Below are positions 31,663 through 42,359 of a stretch of 64,000 nt of DNA, one piece after another. The notes beneath the pieces are model-generated. The model saw only the letters and a program-made list of their open reading frames with translations. It had not been told where the DNA came from and did no database searches. How positions within the stretch are numbered: the first letter of the stretch is position 1; each line of letters opens with the position of its first letter. Both the position numbers and the translations under genes were made by a program. Origin of the DNA: an uncultured Candidatus Binatia bacterium (GTDB lineage: Bacteria; Desulfobacterota; Binatia; UBA9968; JAJDTQ01); assembly GCA_965215605.1 (NCBI GenBank), contig OZ244070.1:2368001-2432000 (forward strand), written 5' to 3'.

Positions 31663-33231
31663 ATGTACTTGGTAACCGCGGAAGAGATGCGCCGGCTGGA
31701 CCATCTCACCATCAACGCCCACGGGGTTCCGAGCCTGACCCTCATGGAGCGCGCCGGGCAGGCGGTGGTGGACATCATCCTCAAGCGCTGGACCCAACTG
31801 GCGAAGCGCGGAGTGCTGGTGGTGGCGGGCAAGGGCAACAACGGCGGCGACGGGCTGGTCATCGCCCGGCTGCTGAAGGACCGGGAGTTTCCGTGCGAGG
31901 TGGCGTGCGTGGCCCGGGAGCGGGATCTGTCGCCGGACGCCACGGTCAACCTCCAGCGCTATCGCTCCGGAGGAGGACTGTTCACGGAGATCCGGCCCGA
32001 CGGCCTCGAGAGCCTGGGCAAACACATCCGGGACAAGGGCCTGCTGGTGGACGCGCTCCTGGGGACCGGGCTGGGAAAGCCGGTGGAGGGGTTCCTGGCG
32101 GACGTGGTGGAGTTCATGAACGCGTCGGGCGTTCCCGTGGTGGCGGTGGACACGCCGTCGGGGCTGGACTCCGACCGGGGCCTGCCGCTGGGAGCAACGG
32201 TCCAGGCCGAGGTCACGGTGACCTTCGGTTGCCCGAAGATCGGCCAGGTGGTTTACCCCGGAGCCAGCTACTGCGGCGAGTTGGCGGTGGCGGACCTCGG
32301 CATCCGCCAGGATGCGGTGGCGGAGGTGGCCCCCTTGGTGGAGTTGCTGGACCCGTCCGACGTGGCGTGGTTCCTGCCGGGCCGGGCGGAAGACTCGCAC
32401 AAGGGCAGCTACGGCCATCTGCTGGTGATGGCCGGGTCGCGGGGAAAGACCGGCGCCGCGGTGCTTTCCTGTCGCGGGGCCATGCGGGTGGGCACCGGAC
32501 TGGTGACCCTGGCGGCCCCCCGCGGCCTTAACGACGTCCTGGCCGGCGCCCTGGTGGAGCCCATGACCGAGACGCTCGGGGAGCCGGGCCAGGGGCAGTG
32601 GCCGGCGCTGGGGGCCGGCGATTGGGAGGGTCTGGCCGAGCGCAAGAGCGCGGTGCTGTTCGGCCCCGGCGTGGGCGTCCATGCGTCAGCCCAGAAGACG
32701 CTGGACACGCTGCTGGAGCATTGCGGCCTGCCATGGCTCATCGACGCCGACGGCCTCAACAACCTGGCGGCGGACGTGAGCCGGCTTCGGGAGGCGCGGG
32801 TTGCGCCGGTGCTGACGCCGCACCCGGGGGAGATGAGCCGCCTGGCCGGAATGACCACGGAGGAGATCAACGGCGACCGCGTCGGCATTGCCCGGGCCTT
32901 TGCCGCGGAGAACCGCTGCTATCTGGTCCTCAAGGGCGCCAGGACGGTGATGGCCACCCCCGAGGGACGGGCGTCCATCAACCCCACCGGAAATGCGGGC
33001 ATGGCCAGCGGGGGCATGGGCGACGTCCTCGCCGGCATCGTCGCCGGGTTTCTGGCCCAGGGGCTGACGCCGGAGGATGCCGTCCGTCTGGGCGTGTATC
33101 TCCACGGCCGCACCGGCGACCGGGTGGCGGACGACCGCGGCGGCGTGGGCCTCATTGCGTCGGACGTGGTGGACGAGTTGCCGCGGGCCATCGACGAGCT
33201 GCTGCAGATCAAGGAGTTGACAGGGCCTTGA
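31663..33231 (+). CDS. nnr: Bifunctional NAD(P)H-hydrate epimerase/dehydratase
   Basis: GKGNNGGDG, DALLGTG, HKGSYG, LTPHPGEM, GGMGDVLAG. Confidence 0.95.
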   Translation: MYLVTAEEMRRLDHLTINAHGVPSLTLMERAGQAVVDIILKRWTQLAKRGVLVVAGKGNNGGDGLVIARLLKDREFPCEVACVARERDLSPDATVNLQRYRSGGGLFTEIRPDGLESLGKHIRDKGLLVDALLGTGLGKPVEGFLADVVEFMNASGVPVVAVDTPSGLDSDRGLPLGATVQAEVTVTFGCPKIGQVVYPGASYCGELAVADLGIRQDAVAEVAPLVELLDPSDVAWFLPGRAEDSHKGSYGHLLVMAGSRGKTGAAVLSCRGAMRVGTGLVTLAAPRGLNDVLAGALVEPMTETLGEPGQGQWPALGAGDWEGLAERKSAVLFGPGVGVHASAQKTLDTLLEHCGLPWLIDADGLNNLAADVSRLREARVAPVLTPHPGEMSRLAGMTTEEINGDRVGIARAFAAENRCYLVLKGARTVMATPEGRASINPTGNAGMASGGMGDVLAGIVAGFLAQGLTPEDAVRLGVYLHGRTGDRVADDRGGVGLIASDVVDELPRAIDELLQIKELTGP

Positions 33232-33707
33232 ACGCCAGCGAGTACCGCATCACCACCGGCTCGCCGGATGAGACCCGGGCGCTCGGGCGGGCGCTGGCGG
33301 GACTGCTCCGGGGCGGAGAAATCCTGGGGCTGTCGGGCGATCTGGGGAGCGGCAAAACCTGCTTCGTGCACGGGCTGGCCGAGGGGCTCGAGGTGGGCGG
33401 GAACAGTTGGGTCCGCAGCCCCACCTTCACGCTCATCAACGAATACGACGGCCGCCTGCCGGTGATCCACGTGGACCTCTTTCGCGTCGCCCCGGGACCG
33501 GAGATGGAGGACCTGCACCTCGAGGAGTACTTCGCCTCCGGCAGCGTCTGCGTGGTGGAGTGGTTCGAGCGTCTGGACGCGGCGGGGGCCCAGGAGTTCA
33601 TGGGCGTGAACTTCCGCTACGTGGACGAGGAGCGGCGGGCGCTGCGCTTCGCGGCCCACGGGCGGCGCTACGAGGAGTTGGTCGCGGCGCTGAAGGAAGC
33701 GCGATAG
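33228..33707 (+). CDS. tsaE: tRNA threonylcarbamoyladenosine biosynthesis ATPase
   Basis: TTG start; GDLGSGKT, SPTFTLINEY, HVDLFR, VEW. Confidence 0.94.
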   Translation: MNASEYRITTGSPDETRALGRALAGLLRGGEILGLSGDLGSGKTCFVHGLAEGLEVGGNSWVRSPTFTLINEYDGRLPVIHVDLFRVAPGPEMEDLHLEEYFASGSVCVVEWFERLDAAGAQEFMGVNFRYVDEERRALRFAAHGRRYEELVAALKEAR

Positions 33708-34922
33708 ATGGCATTGATCGTACAGAAATACGGCGGCACCTCCGTGGGCATGGTGGAGCGCATCCGGAACGTCGCCCAGCGCGTGGCCGCCGCCCGCGGG
33801 CAGGGGAACGACGTGGTGGTGGTGGTGTCGGCCATGTCGGGCGAGACCAACCGGCTCCTGAACCTGGCCAACCAGGTGTCGTGCCACGTGGACGACCGGG
33901 AGATCGACGTGCTGCTGGCGTCCGGGGAGCAGGTCTCCTGCGCCCTGCTGGCGCTGGCGCTCAAGGACCTGGGACAATCGGCGCGCTCGTTCCTCGGCCA
34001 CCAGGTGCGCATCGCCACCGACAGCGCGCACGGCCGGGCGCGGATCAAGAGCATCGACTCCACCCGCGTGCTGGAGTCGCTGAAGCGCAACGAGGTGGTG
34101 GTGGTGGCGGGCTTCCAGGGAGTCGACGAGGCCGACAACATCACCACCCTGGGGCGCGGCGGGTCGGACACCAGCGCGGTGGCCATGGCCGCCGCCCTCG
34201 GCGCCTCGGTATGCGAGATCTATACGGACGTGGACGGAATCTACACGGCCGATCCCTTCGTGTGCCCCAGGGCGCGGAAGCTGGATCGGATCACTTACGA
34301 CGAAATGCTGGAGATGGCCAGCCTCGGCGCCCGGGTGTTGCAGATCCGCTCGGTGGAGACGGCGAAGAAGTTCGGCGTCAGGGTGCACCTGCGCTCGAGC
34401 TTCAACGATGTCGAGGGCACCTGGCTGGTCGAGGAGGATGCGCAAATGGATTCGGTTCTGGTCTCGGCAGTGACCTGCGACAACGACGAAGCCAAGATCA
34501 CCATCCGCAGCGTGCCCGACCGCGCCGGGCTGGCCGCCCAGATCTTCGGCCCCATCGCGGAGGCCAACATCGTGGTGGACATGATCATCCAGAACGCCGG
34601 CGAGGACGGCACCACCGACGTCACCTTCACGGTGCCCAAGAAGGACCACCGAAAGGCCATGGAATTGATTGAAAAAACCGCGCCCTTGATCCAAGCTAAG
34701 GGAGTGGCTTCCGATACCCACATCGCCAAGGTGTCGGTGGTGGGCGTGGGTGTGAGGACCAATGCGGGCGTCGCGGCCAAGATGTTCCAGGCCTTGGCGG
34801 ACCAGTCGATCAACATCGAGATGATCTCGACGTCCGAGATCAAGGTGTCGGTGGTGGTGGACGAGAAGGACAGCCACAGGGCGGTGGATTCGCTCCACGC
34901 TTCGTTGATCGAAAGCAGGTGA
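33708..34922 (+). CDS. lysC: Aspartate kinase
   Basis: VQKYGGTSV, TLGRGGSDTSA, TDVDG, two ACT domains, STSEIK. Confidence 0.96.
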   Translation: MALIVQKYGGTSVGMVERIRNVAQRVAAARGQGNDVVVVVSAMSGETNRLLNLANQVSCHVDDREIDVLLASGEQVSCALLALALKDLGQSARSFLGHQVRIATDSAHGRARIKSIDSTRVLESLKRNEVVVVAGFQGVDEADNITTLGRGGSDTSAVAMAAALGASVCEIYTDVDGIYTADPFVCPRARKLDRITYDEMLEMASLGARVLQIRSVETAKKFGVRVHLRSSFNDVEGTWLVEEDAQMDSVLVSAVTCDNDEAKITIRSVPDRAGLAAQIFGPIAEANIVVDMIIQNAGEDGTTDVTFTVPKKDHRKAMELIEKTAPLIQAKGVASDTHIAKVSVVGVGVRTNAGVAAKMFQALADQSINIEMISTSEIKVSVVVDEKDSHRAVDSLHASLIESR

Positions 34923-34926
34923 GTGC

Positions 34927-36555
34927 ATGAGTGACTTGTTGTTGTACGATACGACCTTGCGGGACGGGTGTCAGAGCGAGGATGTCTCTTTCAGCCTGAA
35001 GGACAAGCTGCGAGTCGCCGAGAGCCTGGCCGAGCTGGGCATCCATTATATCGAGGGCGGTTACCCCGGATCCAACCCACGGGACGCCGAGTTCTTCAAG
35101 GAAGTCGGAAAGCTGAATCTCAGGAAGACCCGGGTGGCGTCCTTCGGCACCACCCGCCGGCCTTCGGTCAAACCGGCGCAGGACGCCAGCCTGAAGCTGT
35201 TGCTGGCGGCCAAGACACCGGTGGTGACGCTGGTGGGCAAGACCTGGGACCTCCACGTTCGGGACGATCTGCGCATCAGCAAGAAGGCCAACCTGGAGGT
35301 CATCGCCGATTCCATCGCCTACATGAAGAAACGCGTCGACGAGGTGATCTTCGACGCCGAGCATTTCTTCGACGGCTACCGCAGCAATCCAGAATTCGCG
35401 CTGGAGTGTCTCCGGGCGGCCGCGGACGGCGGCGCCGACTGGATCGTGCTGTGCGACACCAACGGCGGCAGGCTGCCCGCCGAAGTCGGCGCGGCGGTGA
35501 CGGCGGCCAAGGAGGCGGTGAACGCGCCGCTGGGGATCCATTGCCACAACGACTGCGAGCTGGCTGTTGCCAACACCATGACGGCGGTGGAGAACGGCGT
35601 CCGGCAGGTCCAGGGCACCATCAACGGATTCGGCGAGCGCTGCGGCAACCTGAACCTGTGCTCGGTGTTGCCCAACCTCCAGTTGAAACAGGGCTACAAG
35701 TGCGTACGGCCGTCGCAGTTGCGCCGGCTGCGGGAGATATCCCATCTCGTGTACGAGTTGGCCAACGTCGTGCCCGGCAAGCGGCAAGCCTACGTGGGCG
35801 ACAGCGCGTTCGCGCACAAGGGCGGGCTTCACGTCTCGGGCATCATCAAGAACCGCGAGACCTATGAGCACATCGATCCCGAACTGGTGGGCAGCCGCCA
35901 GCGGGTGCTGGTTTCGGATCTCTCCGGCCGCAGCAACATCGTCTACAAGGCCCGCGAGTACGACATCGACCTGAACGGCCAGGACCAGGCGGTGCACCAG
36001 ATCCTCAACCGGATCAAGGACCTGGAGAGCCAGGGCTACGAGTTCGAGGCCGCGGAGGCGTCGTTCGAGCTGCTGATCCAGGAGGCATTGGGAAAAAAGA
36101 AGCACAATTTCCGCCTCGACGGGTTCCGGGTCATCGACGAGAAGCGGGTCGAGAGCGAGCCGCCCCTCTCGGAGGCCACCGTGAAGGTGGAGGTGGGCGG
36201 CGTGATGGAGCATGCCGCGTCGCTGGGGAGCGGTCCGGTGCACGCGCTGGATCAGGCCCTGCGCAAGGCGCTCACGGAATTCTACCCTTCCCTGGAAGAA
36301 GTGGAGCTGCTCGACTACAAGGTCCGGGTGCTGGCGTCGGGGGAAGGCACCGGCGCCGCGGTCCGGGTGCTCATCGAGTCGGGCGACGGCCACACCCAGT
36401 GGGGTACGGTGGGAGTGTCCCAGAACGTCATAGAGGCGAGCTGGCAGGCGCTCGTGGACAGTATCGATTACAAGCTCTACAAGGACAGGAAGCGGAAGGG
36501 CCACGCGGGGAAGAGCCACGCCGGCACGGGCGAGGCGGCGGCGCCCGCCTCCTGA
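34927..36555 (+). CDS. cimA: Citramalate synthase
   Basis: [46 protein letters not shown]. Confidence 0.92.
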   Translation: MSDLLLYDTTLRDGCQSEDVSFSLKDKLRVAESLAELGIHYIEGGYPGSNPRDAEFFKEVGKLNLRKTRVASFGTTRRPSVKPAQDASLKLLLAAKTPVVTLVGKTWDLHVRDDLRISKKANLEVIADSIAYMKKRVDEVIFDAEHFFDGYRSNPEFALECLRAAADGGADWIVLCDTNGGRLPAEVGAAVTAAKEAVNAPLGIHCHNDCELAVANTMTAVENGVRQVQGTINGFGERCGNLNLCSVLPNLQLKQGYKCVRPSQLRRLREISHLVYELANVVPGKRQAYVGDSAFAHKGGLHVSGIIKNRETYEHIDPELVGSRQRVLVSDLSGRSNIVYKAREYDIDLNGQDQAVHQILNRIKDLESQGYEFEAAEASFELLIQEALGKKKHNFRLDGFRVIDEKRVESEPPLSEATVKVEVGGVMEHAASLGSGPVHALDQALRKALTEFYPSLEEVELLDYKVRVLASGEGTGAAVRVLIESGDGHTQWGTVGVSQNVIEASWQALVDSIDYKLYKDRKRKGHAGKSHAGTGEAAAPAS

Positions 36556-36593
36556 CCGGTGCACCCGCCGGGTCTGCCGCGGAGTTGCCGCCC

Positions 36594-37307
36594 ATGTGGA
36601 GTATTCTGAAAGAGGATGTCCGGGTGGCGTTCGAACGGGATCCCGCGGCGCGGAACCTGTTCGAGGTCCTGGTCAGCTATCCCGGGGTGCATGCGCTGTT
36701 CTTCCACCGCTTCGCCCACCGGCTGTGGCACTGCGGTTGGAGAAACCTCTCGCGTTTCGTCAGTCACCTGGGCCGCTTCCTTACGGGCATCGAGATACAC
36801 CCGGGCGCGACGGTGGGACGCCGGTTCTTCATCGACCACGGCATGGGAGTCGTCATTGGCGAAACCTCGGAGATCGGCGATGACGTGACCCTGTACCAGG
36901 GCGTCACGCTGGGCGGCATCAGCCTGCGCAGGGAGAAACGCCACCCCACGGTGGAGGACTGCGTCATCATCGGCGCCGGCGCCACGGTGCTGGGTCCGGT
37001 GGTGGTGGGACGGAACAGCAAGATCGGCTCGGGTTCGGTGGTGGTGAAGGACGTGCCGGCGAACTCCTCGGTGGTGGGCGTGCCCGGAAAGGTGGTGGAA
37101 GGGGACGGCGTGCACCGGGATCCCATCGAGCGCCAGATCGCCCTGGACCACGACCGGCTGCCCGACCCCATGGCCAAGTCCCTCAACCATCTGGCGGAAT
37201 ACATCCAGCGGCTCGAGAAACGGGTGAACGAGCTCGATGCCAGACAAGGCGGCCTGGAGGAGCGGCAGCGGGAAGAAGTGGAAGAGCCCCGGCGGTACAA
37301 GAACTAG
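36594..37307 (+). CDS. cysE: Serine O-acetyltransferase
   Basis: [33 protein letters not shown]. Confidence 0.95.
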   Translation: MWSILKEDVRVAFERDPAARNLFEVLVSYPGVHALFFHRFAHRLWHCGWRNLSRFVSHLGRFLTGIEIHPGATVGRRFFIDHGMGVVIGETSEIGDDVTLYQGVTLGGISLRREKRHPTVEDCVIIGAGATVLGPVVVGRNSKIGSGSVVVKDVPANSSVVGVPGKVVEGDGVHRDPIERQIALDHDRLPDPMAKSLNHLAEYIQRLEKRVNELDARQGGLEERQREEVEEPRRYKN

Positions 37308-37335
37308 GAGGCAGCGCAGGCCCTCCCCCCAACCG

Positions 37336-37365
37336 CCTGGACCACGGGTCAAGCCCGGGGTGACG
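37336..37365 (-). repeat. CGTC-type REP-like palindrome
   Basis: Minus strand CGTCACCCCGGGCTTGACCCGTGGTCCAGG; same CGTCA...TCCAGG frame as the 14038 copy. Confidence 0.6.
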
Positions 37366-37387
37366 AGGCGGGGGACAGAAGGACAGT

Positions 37388-38464
37388 GTGGTGAAGGCAT
37401 CGGCGGACAGAAGAGTGGCGGTTGCCATGAGCGGAGGCGTGGACAGCTCGGTGGCGGCCGGCCTCCTGGTGGAGCAGGGCTACCAGGTGGAGGGGGTGTC
37501 GCTCCGCCTTTGGGAGGCTGGCAACCTCGGTCCGCGCAACTGCTCGGACCACCGGGGCGCGGCAGAGGTGGCGGCGCTGCTGGGCATCCCGCACACGGTG
37601 CTGGACCAGCGGACAGCTTTCCGCAAGGCGGTGGTGGCGCCCTTCGCCCGGAGCTACCTGGACGGCGCCACGCCCAATCCTTGCATTGCCTGCAATCGCG
37701 AGTTCAAGTTCGAGAAGCTGTCGGCCTGGGCCGGGGCCAGGGGCATTTCCCGCGTGGCCACGGGTCACTACGCCCGTATCCAGCGGCGCTCCGGCGGCGC
37801 CTCGCTGCTGCGCGGGTCGGATCGCAACAAGGACCAGTCGTACTTTCTCTTCGCGCTTTCGCCGCGCCAGCTCGAGCACACGGAGTTTCCCCTGGGTGAG
37901 CTTCACAAGGAGACGGTGCGCGCCAAGGCCCGGGAGATGGGTCTGCCGGTGGCCGAGCGGCCGGAGAGCCAGGACATCTGCCTCGGCGACCACCGCACGG
38001 TGGTGGAGTCCTTCGCCCGGCCGGACCAGCTCGGCTCCGGCGAGATCGTGGACGGCCGCGGCAACGTCCTGGGACGTCACGACGGGGTGCACGGGTTCAC
38101 CGTGGGACAGAGAAGGGGCCTCGGCATCGCCGCTCCGGAGCCGTTGTACGTGCTCCGCATCGATGCCGGGCGAAGACGCGTGGTGGTGGGCCCGCGCGAA
38201 GCGCTGACCACCCCGTCCTTTACCGCCGGCCGCCTCAACTGGCTCGGGACGCCGCCGGACGGAGAGACCGCGGCCGAGGTGCAGATACGTTACCGCTCGG
38301 CGCCGGTTCCGTGCACCCTGCGGCCGCTGGGCGGCCGTGGGGTCGAAGTGAGTCCCCATGAGCCGCTGCCGTCCGTGACCCCGGGCCAGGCCGCGGTCTT
38401 CTATCGTGACGATCGGGTGCTCGGGGGCGGCTGGATCGACAAGCCTGTCGCGGTTGATTCGTAG
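37388..38464 (+). CDS. mnmA: tRNA 2-thiouridylase
   Basis: AMSGGVDSS, PNPCIACN, ATGHYA, KDQSYFL, ESQDIC, TVGQRRG, TPGQAAVFY. Confidence 0.96.
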   Translation: MVKASADRRVAVAMSGGVDSSVAAGLLVEQGYQVEGVSLRLWEAGNLGPRNCSDHRGAAEVAALLGIPHTVLDQRTAFRKAVVAPFARSYLDGATPNPCIACNREFKFEKLSAWAGARGISRVATGHYARIQRRSGGASLLRGSDRNKDQSYFLFALSPRQLEHTEFPLGELHKETVRAKAREMGLPVAERPESQDICLGDHRTVVESFARPDQLGSGEIVDGRGNVLGRHDGVHGFTVGQRRGLGIAAPEPLYVLRIDAGRRRVVVGPREALTTPSFTAGRLNWLGTPPDGETAAEVQIRYRSAPVPCTLRPLGGRGVEVSPHEPLPSVTPGQAAVFYRDDRVLGGGWIDKPVAVDS

Positions 38465-38474
38465 AGACAAGGGT

Positions 38475-38501
38475 GTACGGGCGGGTTTCCAACCCGCCCG
38501 T
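38475..38501 (+). repeat. GTAG-like REP palindrome
   Basis: GTACGGGCGGGTTTCCAACCCGCCCGT, similar to the 28449 copy. Confidence 0.55.
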
Positions 38502-38547
38502 GTCCGCACCGCGTCGTCAGGCCGGTACCGGCGCCCGTGGAAATTCA

Positions 38548-39852
38548 ATGCGTGTCGCCATCAAGACGCTGGGTTGCAAGATCAACCAGTATGACTCGGC
38601 CGTGATCCAGGAGCGGTTGGCCGGGGAGTCGTGCTCCTTCGTTCCCTTCGAGGATCCGGCCGACGTCTACGTCGTCAATACCTGCACGGTGACGGACCGG
38701 GCGGACTGGGAGGCCCGTCAGCTCGTGCGCAAGGCCCGGCGGCGGAGCCCGGGGGCGCGGGTGGTGGTCACCGGCTGCTACGCGCAGGTGAGTCCCGAGG
38801 AAGTCTCCAGGCTGCCGGGCGTCGACTTCGTGGTCGGCCTCAACCGCATGGACGAACTGGCGCGTTACATCGCCGACGGCGAGTCCGGCGCCGGACCGGA
38901 GGTTTCGGTGGGCAATCCGCGGGACGAGCGCGGCGTGGGGGTGCTGGGCGCCCGCCGTTTCCTCGGCCGCACCCGGGCGTTTCTCAAGGTGCAGGAAGGG
39001 TGCAACTTCGCCTGCAGCTACTGCATCATCCCCACCGCCCGGGGACGCAGCCGCAGCGTGCCGCCGGAACGGGTGCTCGATCAGGCGCGCGGGCTCGCGG
39101 AGGCGGGCTATTCCGAGATTGTCCTCACCGGCATTCATCTCGGCGGGTACGGCCATGATCTGGCGCCTCGGGTCTCCCTGAGCGACTTGGTGCGGCGGAT
39201 CGCCGGGAGCGGGTTGATTCGCCGCTTGCGTCTCAGCTCCCTCGACCCGCGCGAAGTCACCGACGAGTTGCTGGCGGTAATGGCCGGCTCGGAGGTGATC
39301 TGTCCGCACCTGCACGTGTGCGTCCAGGCCGGCGAGGACGGCATCCTCAAGAAGATGCGCCGCAACTACGACACCGCCTTTTTCGCCCGCCTGATGGCGC
39401 GCGCCCGGGGAAAGCTGCCTCGGGCCGCCCTGGGGACGGACGTCATCGTGGGTTTTCCGGGAGAGACCGAGGAGGCGTTCGCGGCGTCGCTGGATTTCCT
39501 CTCTGACCTGCCGCTGACCTACTTCCACGTGTTCCCCTACTCCGCCCGCCGGGGCACTCCGGCCGCGGCCATGTCCGATCACCTGCCGCCGGCTGAGAAA
39601 AAGGAGCGCTCGCGCCGGGCGCGGGAGCTGGGCACCCGGAAGAAGCACGAGTTCTACCGGAGCCAGGTGGGACGGCGGGTGTCCGTTCTGGTGGAGGAGC
39701 CGGTGGCGGGGGAGCCGGGCGGGCTCAAGGGCTACAGCCGCAACTACCTGCCGGTGCTTTTCGCCGGCGGTCGCGACCTGGTTCACCGCGAGGTCCACGT
39801 ACGGCTTCGGGAGTGGACCCGCGGGCGCCTGTGGGGGGAGGTCGAATGCTGA
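38548..39852 (+). CDS. mtaB: tRNA t6A37 methylthiotransferase
   Basis: TLGCKINQYD, NTCTVT, KVQEGCNFACSYC, LTGIHLG, HVFPYSAR. Confidence 0.92.
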   Translation: MRVAIKTLGCKINQYDSAVIQERLAGESCSFVPFEDPADVYVVNTCTVTDRADWEARQLVRKARRRSPGARVVVTGCYAQVSPEEVSRLPGVDFVVGLNRMDELARYIADGESGAGPEVSVGNPRDERGVGVLGARRFLGRTRAFLKVQEGCNFACSYCIIPTARGRSRSVPPERVLDQARGLAEAGYSEIVLTGIHLGGYGHDLAPRVSLSDLVRRIAGSGLIRRLRLSSLDPREVTDELLAVMAGSEVICPHLHVCVQAGEDGILKKMRRNYDTAFFARLMARARGKLPRAALGTDVIVGFPGETEEAFAASLDFLSDLPLTYFHVFPYSARRGTPAAAMSDHLPPAEKKERSRRARELGTRKKHEFYRSQVGRRVSVLVEEPVAGEPGGLKGYSRNYLPVLFAGGRDLVHREVHVRLREWTRGRLWGEVEC

Positions 39853-40550
39853 CGGCGGATTCCTCGGAGCTGGAACAACTCCAGAGTGCCCTCGGCTACC
39901 GCTTCCGGGACCCGGCGCTGTTGAACCGCTGCCTGACCCACGTCTCCTGCGGCGGCGGCATGGACGCCCACAACGAGTCCCTGGAGTTCCTGGGCGACGC
40001 GGTGCTGGGCCTCGCCATCAGCGACCTGCTCATGCGGCGGTTCCCCGAACGGAGCGAGGGGGACCTGTCGCGCATGCGCGCGTCGCTGGTGAACCGGCGG
40101 GTGCTGGCGGAGAAGGCGCGCCTGCTGCGGGTGGGCGCTGTGCTCCGCGTGGGGAAGGGCGAGGAGCGCACCGGCGGCCGGCACAAGGAGTCCATCCTGG
40201 CGTCTTCGCTGGAGGCGCTGTTGGGCGGCATTTACTGGGAGGCCGGTTACGAAGCGGTGAAACCCGTGGTGGAGAACCATTTCGCGTCGGCCCTGGATGA
40301 CGGCGCGTTGGGGCTCGACGACTACAAGACCCGTCTCCAGGAGGTGACCCAGCGCCTCTACCGCGTCCCCCCCAGCTACCGGCTGTCGCGGGAATCCGGC
40401 CCGAGCCATGACAAGTACTTCGAGACCGAGATCCGGGTGGATGGCCATCTGGTGGGCCAGGGGGAGGGCCGGAGCAAGAAGCAGTCCGAACAGGAAGCGG
40501 CGCGGCGCGCCCTGGAGACGCTGCAGGCGCAGCTCCAGGGGCAACAATAG
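39846..40550 (+). CDS. rnc: Ribonuclease III
   Basis: NESLEFLGDAVL, EALLGGIY, dsRBD DYKTRLQE...SKKQSEQEAA. Confidence 0.94.
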   Translation: MLTADSSELEQLQSALGYRFRDPALLNRCLTHVSCGGGMDAHNESLEFLGDAVLGLAISDLLMRRFPERSEGDLSRMRASLVNRRVLAEKARLLRVGAVLRVGKGEERTGGRHKESILASSLEALLGGIYWEAGYEAVKPVVENHFASALDDGALGLDDYKTRLQEVTQRLYRVPPSYRLSRESGPSHDKYFETEIRVDGHLVGQGEGRSKKQSEQEAARRALETLQAQLQGQQ

Positions 40551-40581
40551 CGTCGCGGCTTCACGTCCCCGACGACCGTTC

Positions 40582-41616
40582 ATGGCAGAGCTAACCTACA
40601 AGGACGCCGGCGTAGACGTGGACGCCGCCAACCGGCTGGTCCGCTCGGTGGCGTCCATGGCCCGCAAGACCGCCCGCCCCGGCCTCATGGGAGGCATCGG
40701 CGGGTTCGGCGGACTCTTCGACCTCACGCGCATCCGCGGCCGGCGGCCGGTGCTGGTGTCGTCCACCGACGGCGTCGGCACCAAGCTCAAGATCGCCTTT
40801 CTGGCCGGCCGCCACGACACCGTGGGCATCGACCTGGTGGCCATGAGCGTCAACGACATCGTCACCCAGGCCGCGGAGCCGCTGTTCTTCCTCGACTACT
40901 TCGCCGCCGGCAAGCTGGAGCCCACTACCTTCAAGGCGGTGGTGGGCGGGGTGGCGGAAGGCTGCCGCCTGGCCGGGTGCGCGCTCCTGGGCGGAGAGAC
41001 CGCGGAGATGCCGTCCTTGTATCGGGACGGGGAGTACGATCTGGCGGGGTTCTGCGTCGGCATCGTGGAGAAGGACCGCATACCCGATCCCCGCGCGATG
41101 CGCGCCGGCGACGCGATCATCGCGTTGCCGTCCAGCGGCCTCCACAGCAACGGCTATTCGCTGGCGCGGAAGGTCCTGCTGGAAACGGCCAAGCTCCGGT
41201 TGAAGTCCCGGGTGGAGGAGCTGGGGCATTCCCTGGCCGATGAGCTGCTGAAGCCCACCCGGATCTACGCCGGCCTGATCCGCGCCCTGATCGCGCGGCA
41301 CCGGATCAAGGGCATGGCCCACGTCACCGGCGGCGGCATCGCCGAGAACCTGCCGCGGGCGCTGCCGCCGGGGCTGCGCGCCTGGATCCGCCGGGGAAGT
41401 TGGTCCGTGCCGCCGATATTCGACATCATCGCGCGGCTGGGCGGCGTGACTCAGGCGGAGATGGACCGCACCTTCAACAACGGCATCGGCATGGCCCTGG
41501 TGGTGGGCGCGGCGGACGCGCCCGGGGTCGAGCGCGCGCTGCGCCGCCGCCGCGAGCCCTACGCCGTCATCGGCGAGATCCGCAAGGGCCGCCGCGGGGT
41601 CTCGTTCACGTCATGA
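40582..41616 (+). CDS. purM: Phosphoribosylformylglycinamidine cyclo-ligase
   Basis: YKDAGVD, TDGVGTK, GGETAEMP, SSGLHSNGYSL, HVTGGG. Confidence 0.97.
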   Translation: MAELTYKDAGVDVDAANRLVRSVASMARKTARPGLMGGIGGFGGLFDLTRIRGRRPVLVSSTDGVGTKLKIAFLAGRHDTVGIDLVAMSVNDIVTQAAEPLFFLDYFAAGKLEPTTFKAVVGGVAEGCRLAGCALLGGETAEMPSLYRDGEYDLAGFCVGIVEKDRIPDPRAMRAGDAIIALPSSGLHSNGYSLARKVLLETAKLRLKSRVEELGHSLADELLKPTRIYAGLIRALIARHRIKGMAHVTGGGIAENLPRALPPGLRAWIRRGSWSVPPIFDIIARLGGVTQAEMDRTFNNGIGMALVVGAADAPGVERALRRRREPYAVIGEIRKGRRGVSFTS

Positions 41617-42278
41617 ACCGCAAACTCCCCATCGGCGTGCTGCTCTCCGGAGGCGGCACCAACCTCCAGGCCATCATCGACGCCATCGAGCAGGACCGCC
41701 TCGACGCCGAGATCCGCACCGTCGTCAGCAACCGCGAGAACGCCTACGGCCTCACCCGCGCCCGCAGCCACAACATTTCCACGACGGCCATCGACCACCG
41801 CGTCCACCCGTCGCGGGAAGCCTACGACCGGGTGGTGGTGGAGCACCTCAAGGCGCAGGGCGTCGAGCTCGTGGTCCTGGCCGGGTTCATGAGGCTGCTG
41901 TCGCCGTACTTCATCCGGAGCTTCCCCGACCGCATCATGAACATCCACCCCGCGCTGTCGCCCTCCTTCGCCGGCCTCTACGGCCAGCGCCAGGCCTTCG
42001 AGTACGGCGTCAAGTTCTCCGGCTGCACCGTCCACTTCGTCACCGAAGGCTGCGACGAAGGCCCCGTCATCATCCAGGCCGTCGTCCCGGTCCTGCCCGA
42101 CGACACCGAAGAAACGCTGGCGCAGCGGATCCTGGTCCAGGAACACCGCATCTACCCCCGCGCCATCCAGCTCTACAGCGAGGGCCGGCTCGTCATAGAG
42201 GGCAGGAAGGTGAGGGTGACGGGAGAGGGTGGGGCTGCGGAAGGCGAGAGCGCGTTGGTGAACCCGCCTATCCTGTGA
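41613..42278 (+). CDS. purN: Phosphoribosylglycinamide formyltransferase
   Basis: SGGGTNLQA, LAGFMR, NIHPAL, GCTVHFV, EH.IYP. Confidence 0.96.
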   Translation: MNRKLPIGVLLSGGGTNLQAIIDAIEQDRLDAEIRTVVSNRENAYGLTRARSHNISTTAIDHRVHPSREAYDRVVVEHLKAQGVELVVLAGFMRLLSPYFIRSFPDRIMNIHPALSPSFAGLYGQRQAFEYGVKFSGCTVHFVTEGCDEGPVIIQAVVPVLPDDTEETLAQRILVQEHRIYPRAIQLYSEGRLVIEGRKVRVTGEGGAAEGESALVNPPIL

Positions 42279-42359
42279 CGGTCCGTCAAACGAGGATTCG
42301 GTGCTTGACCCAACCCCACGGCTCGGATAGAATCCGGAAACGTTTCCGAGGAGGGTTCA

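Noticed and set aside
39846-40550. RNase III signature NESLEFLGD instead of NERLEFLGD
   Set aside because: The catalytic E and D of the signature are retained; likely tolerated variation
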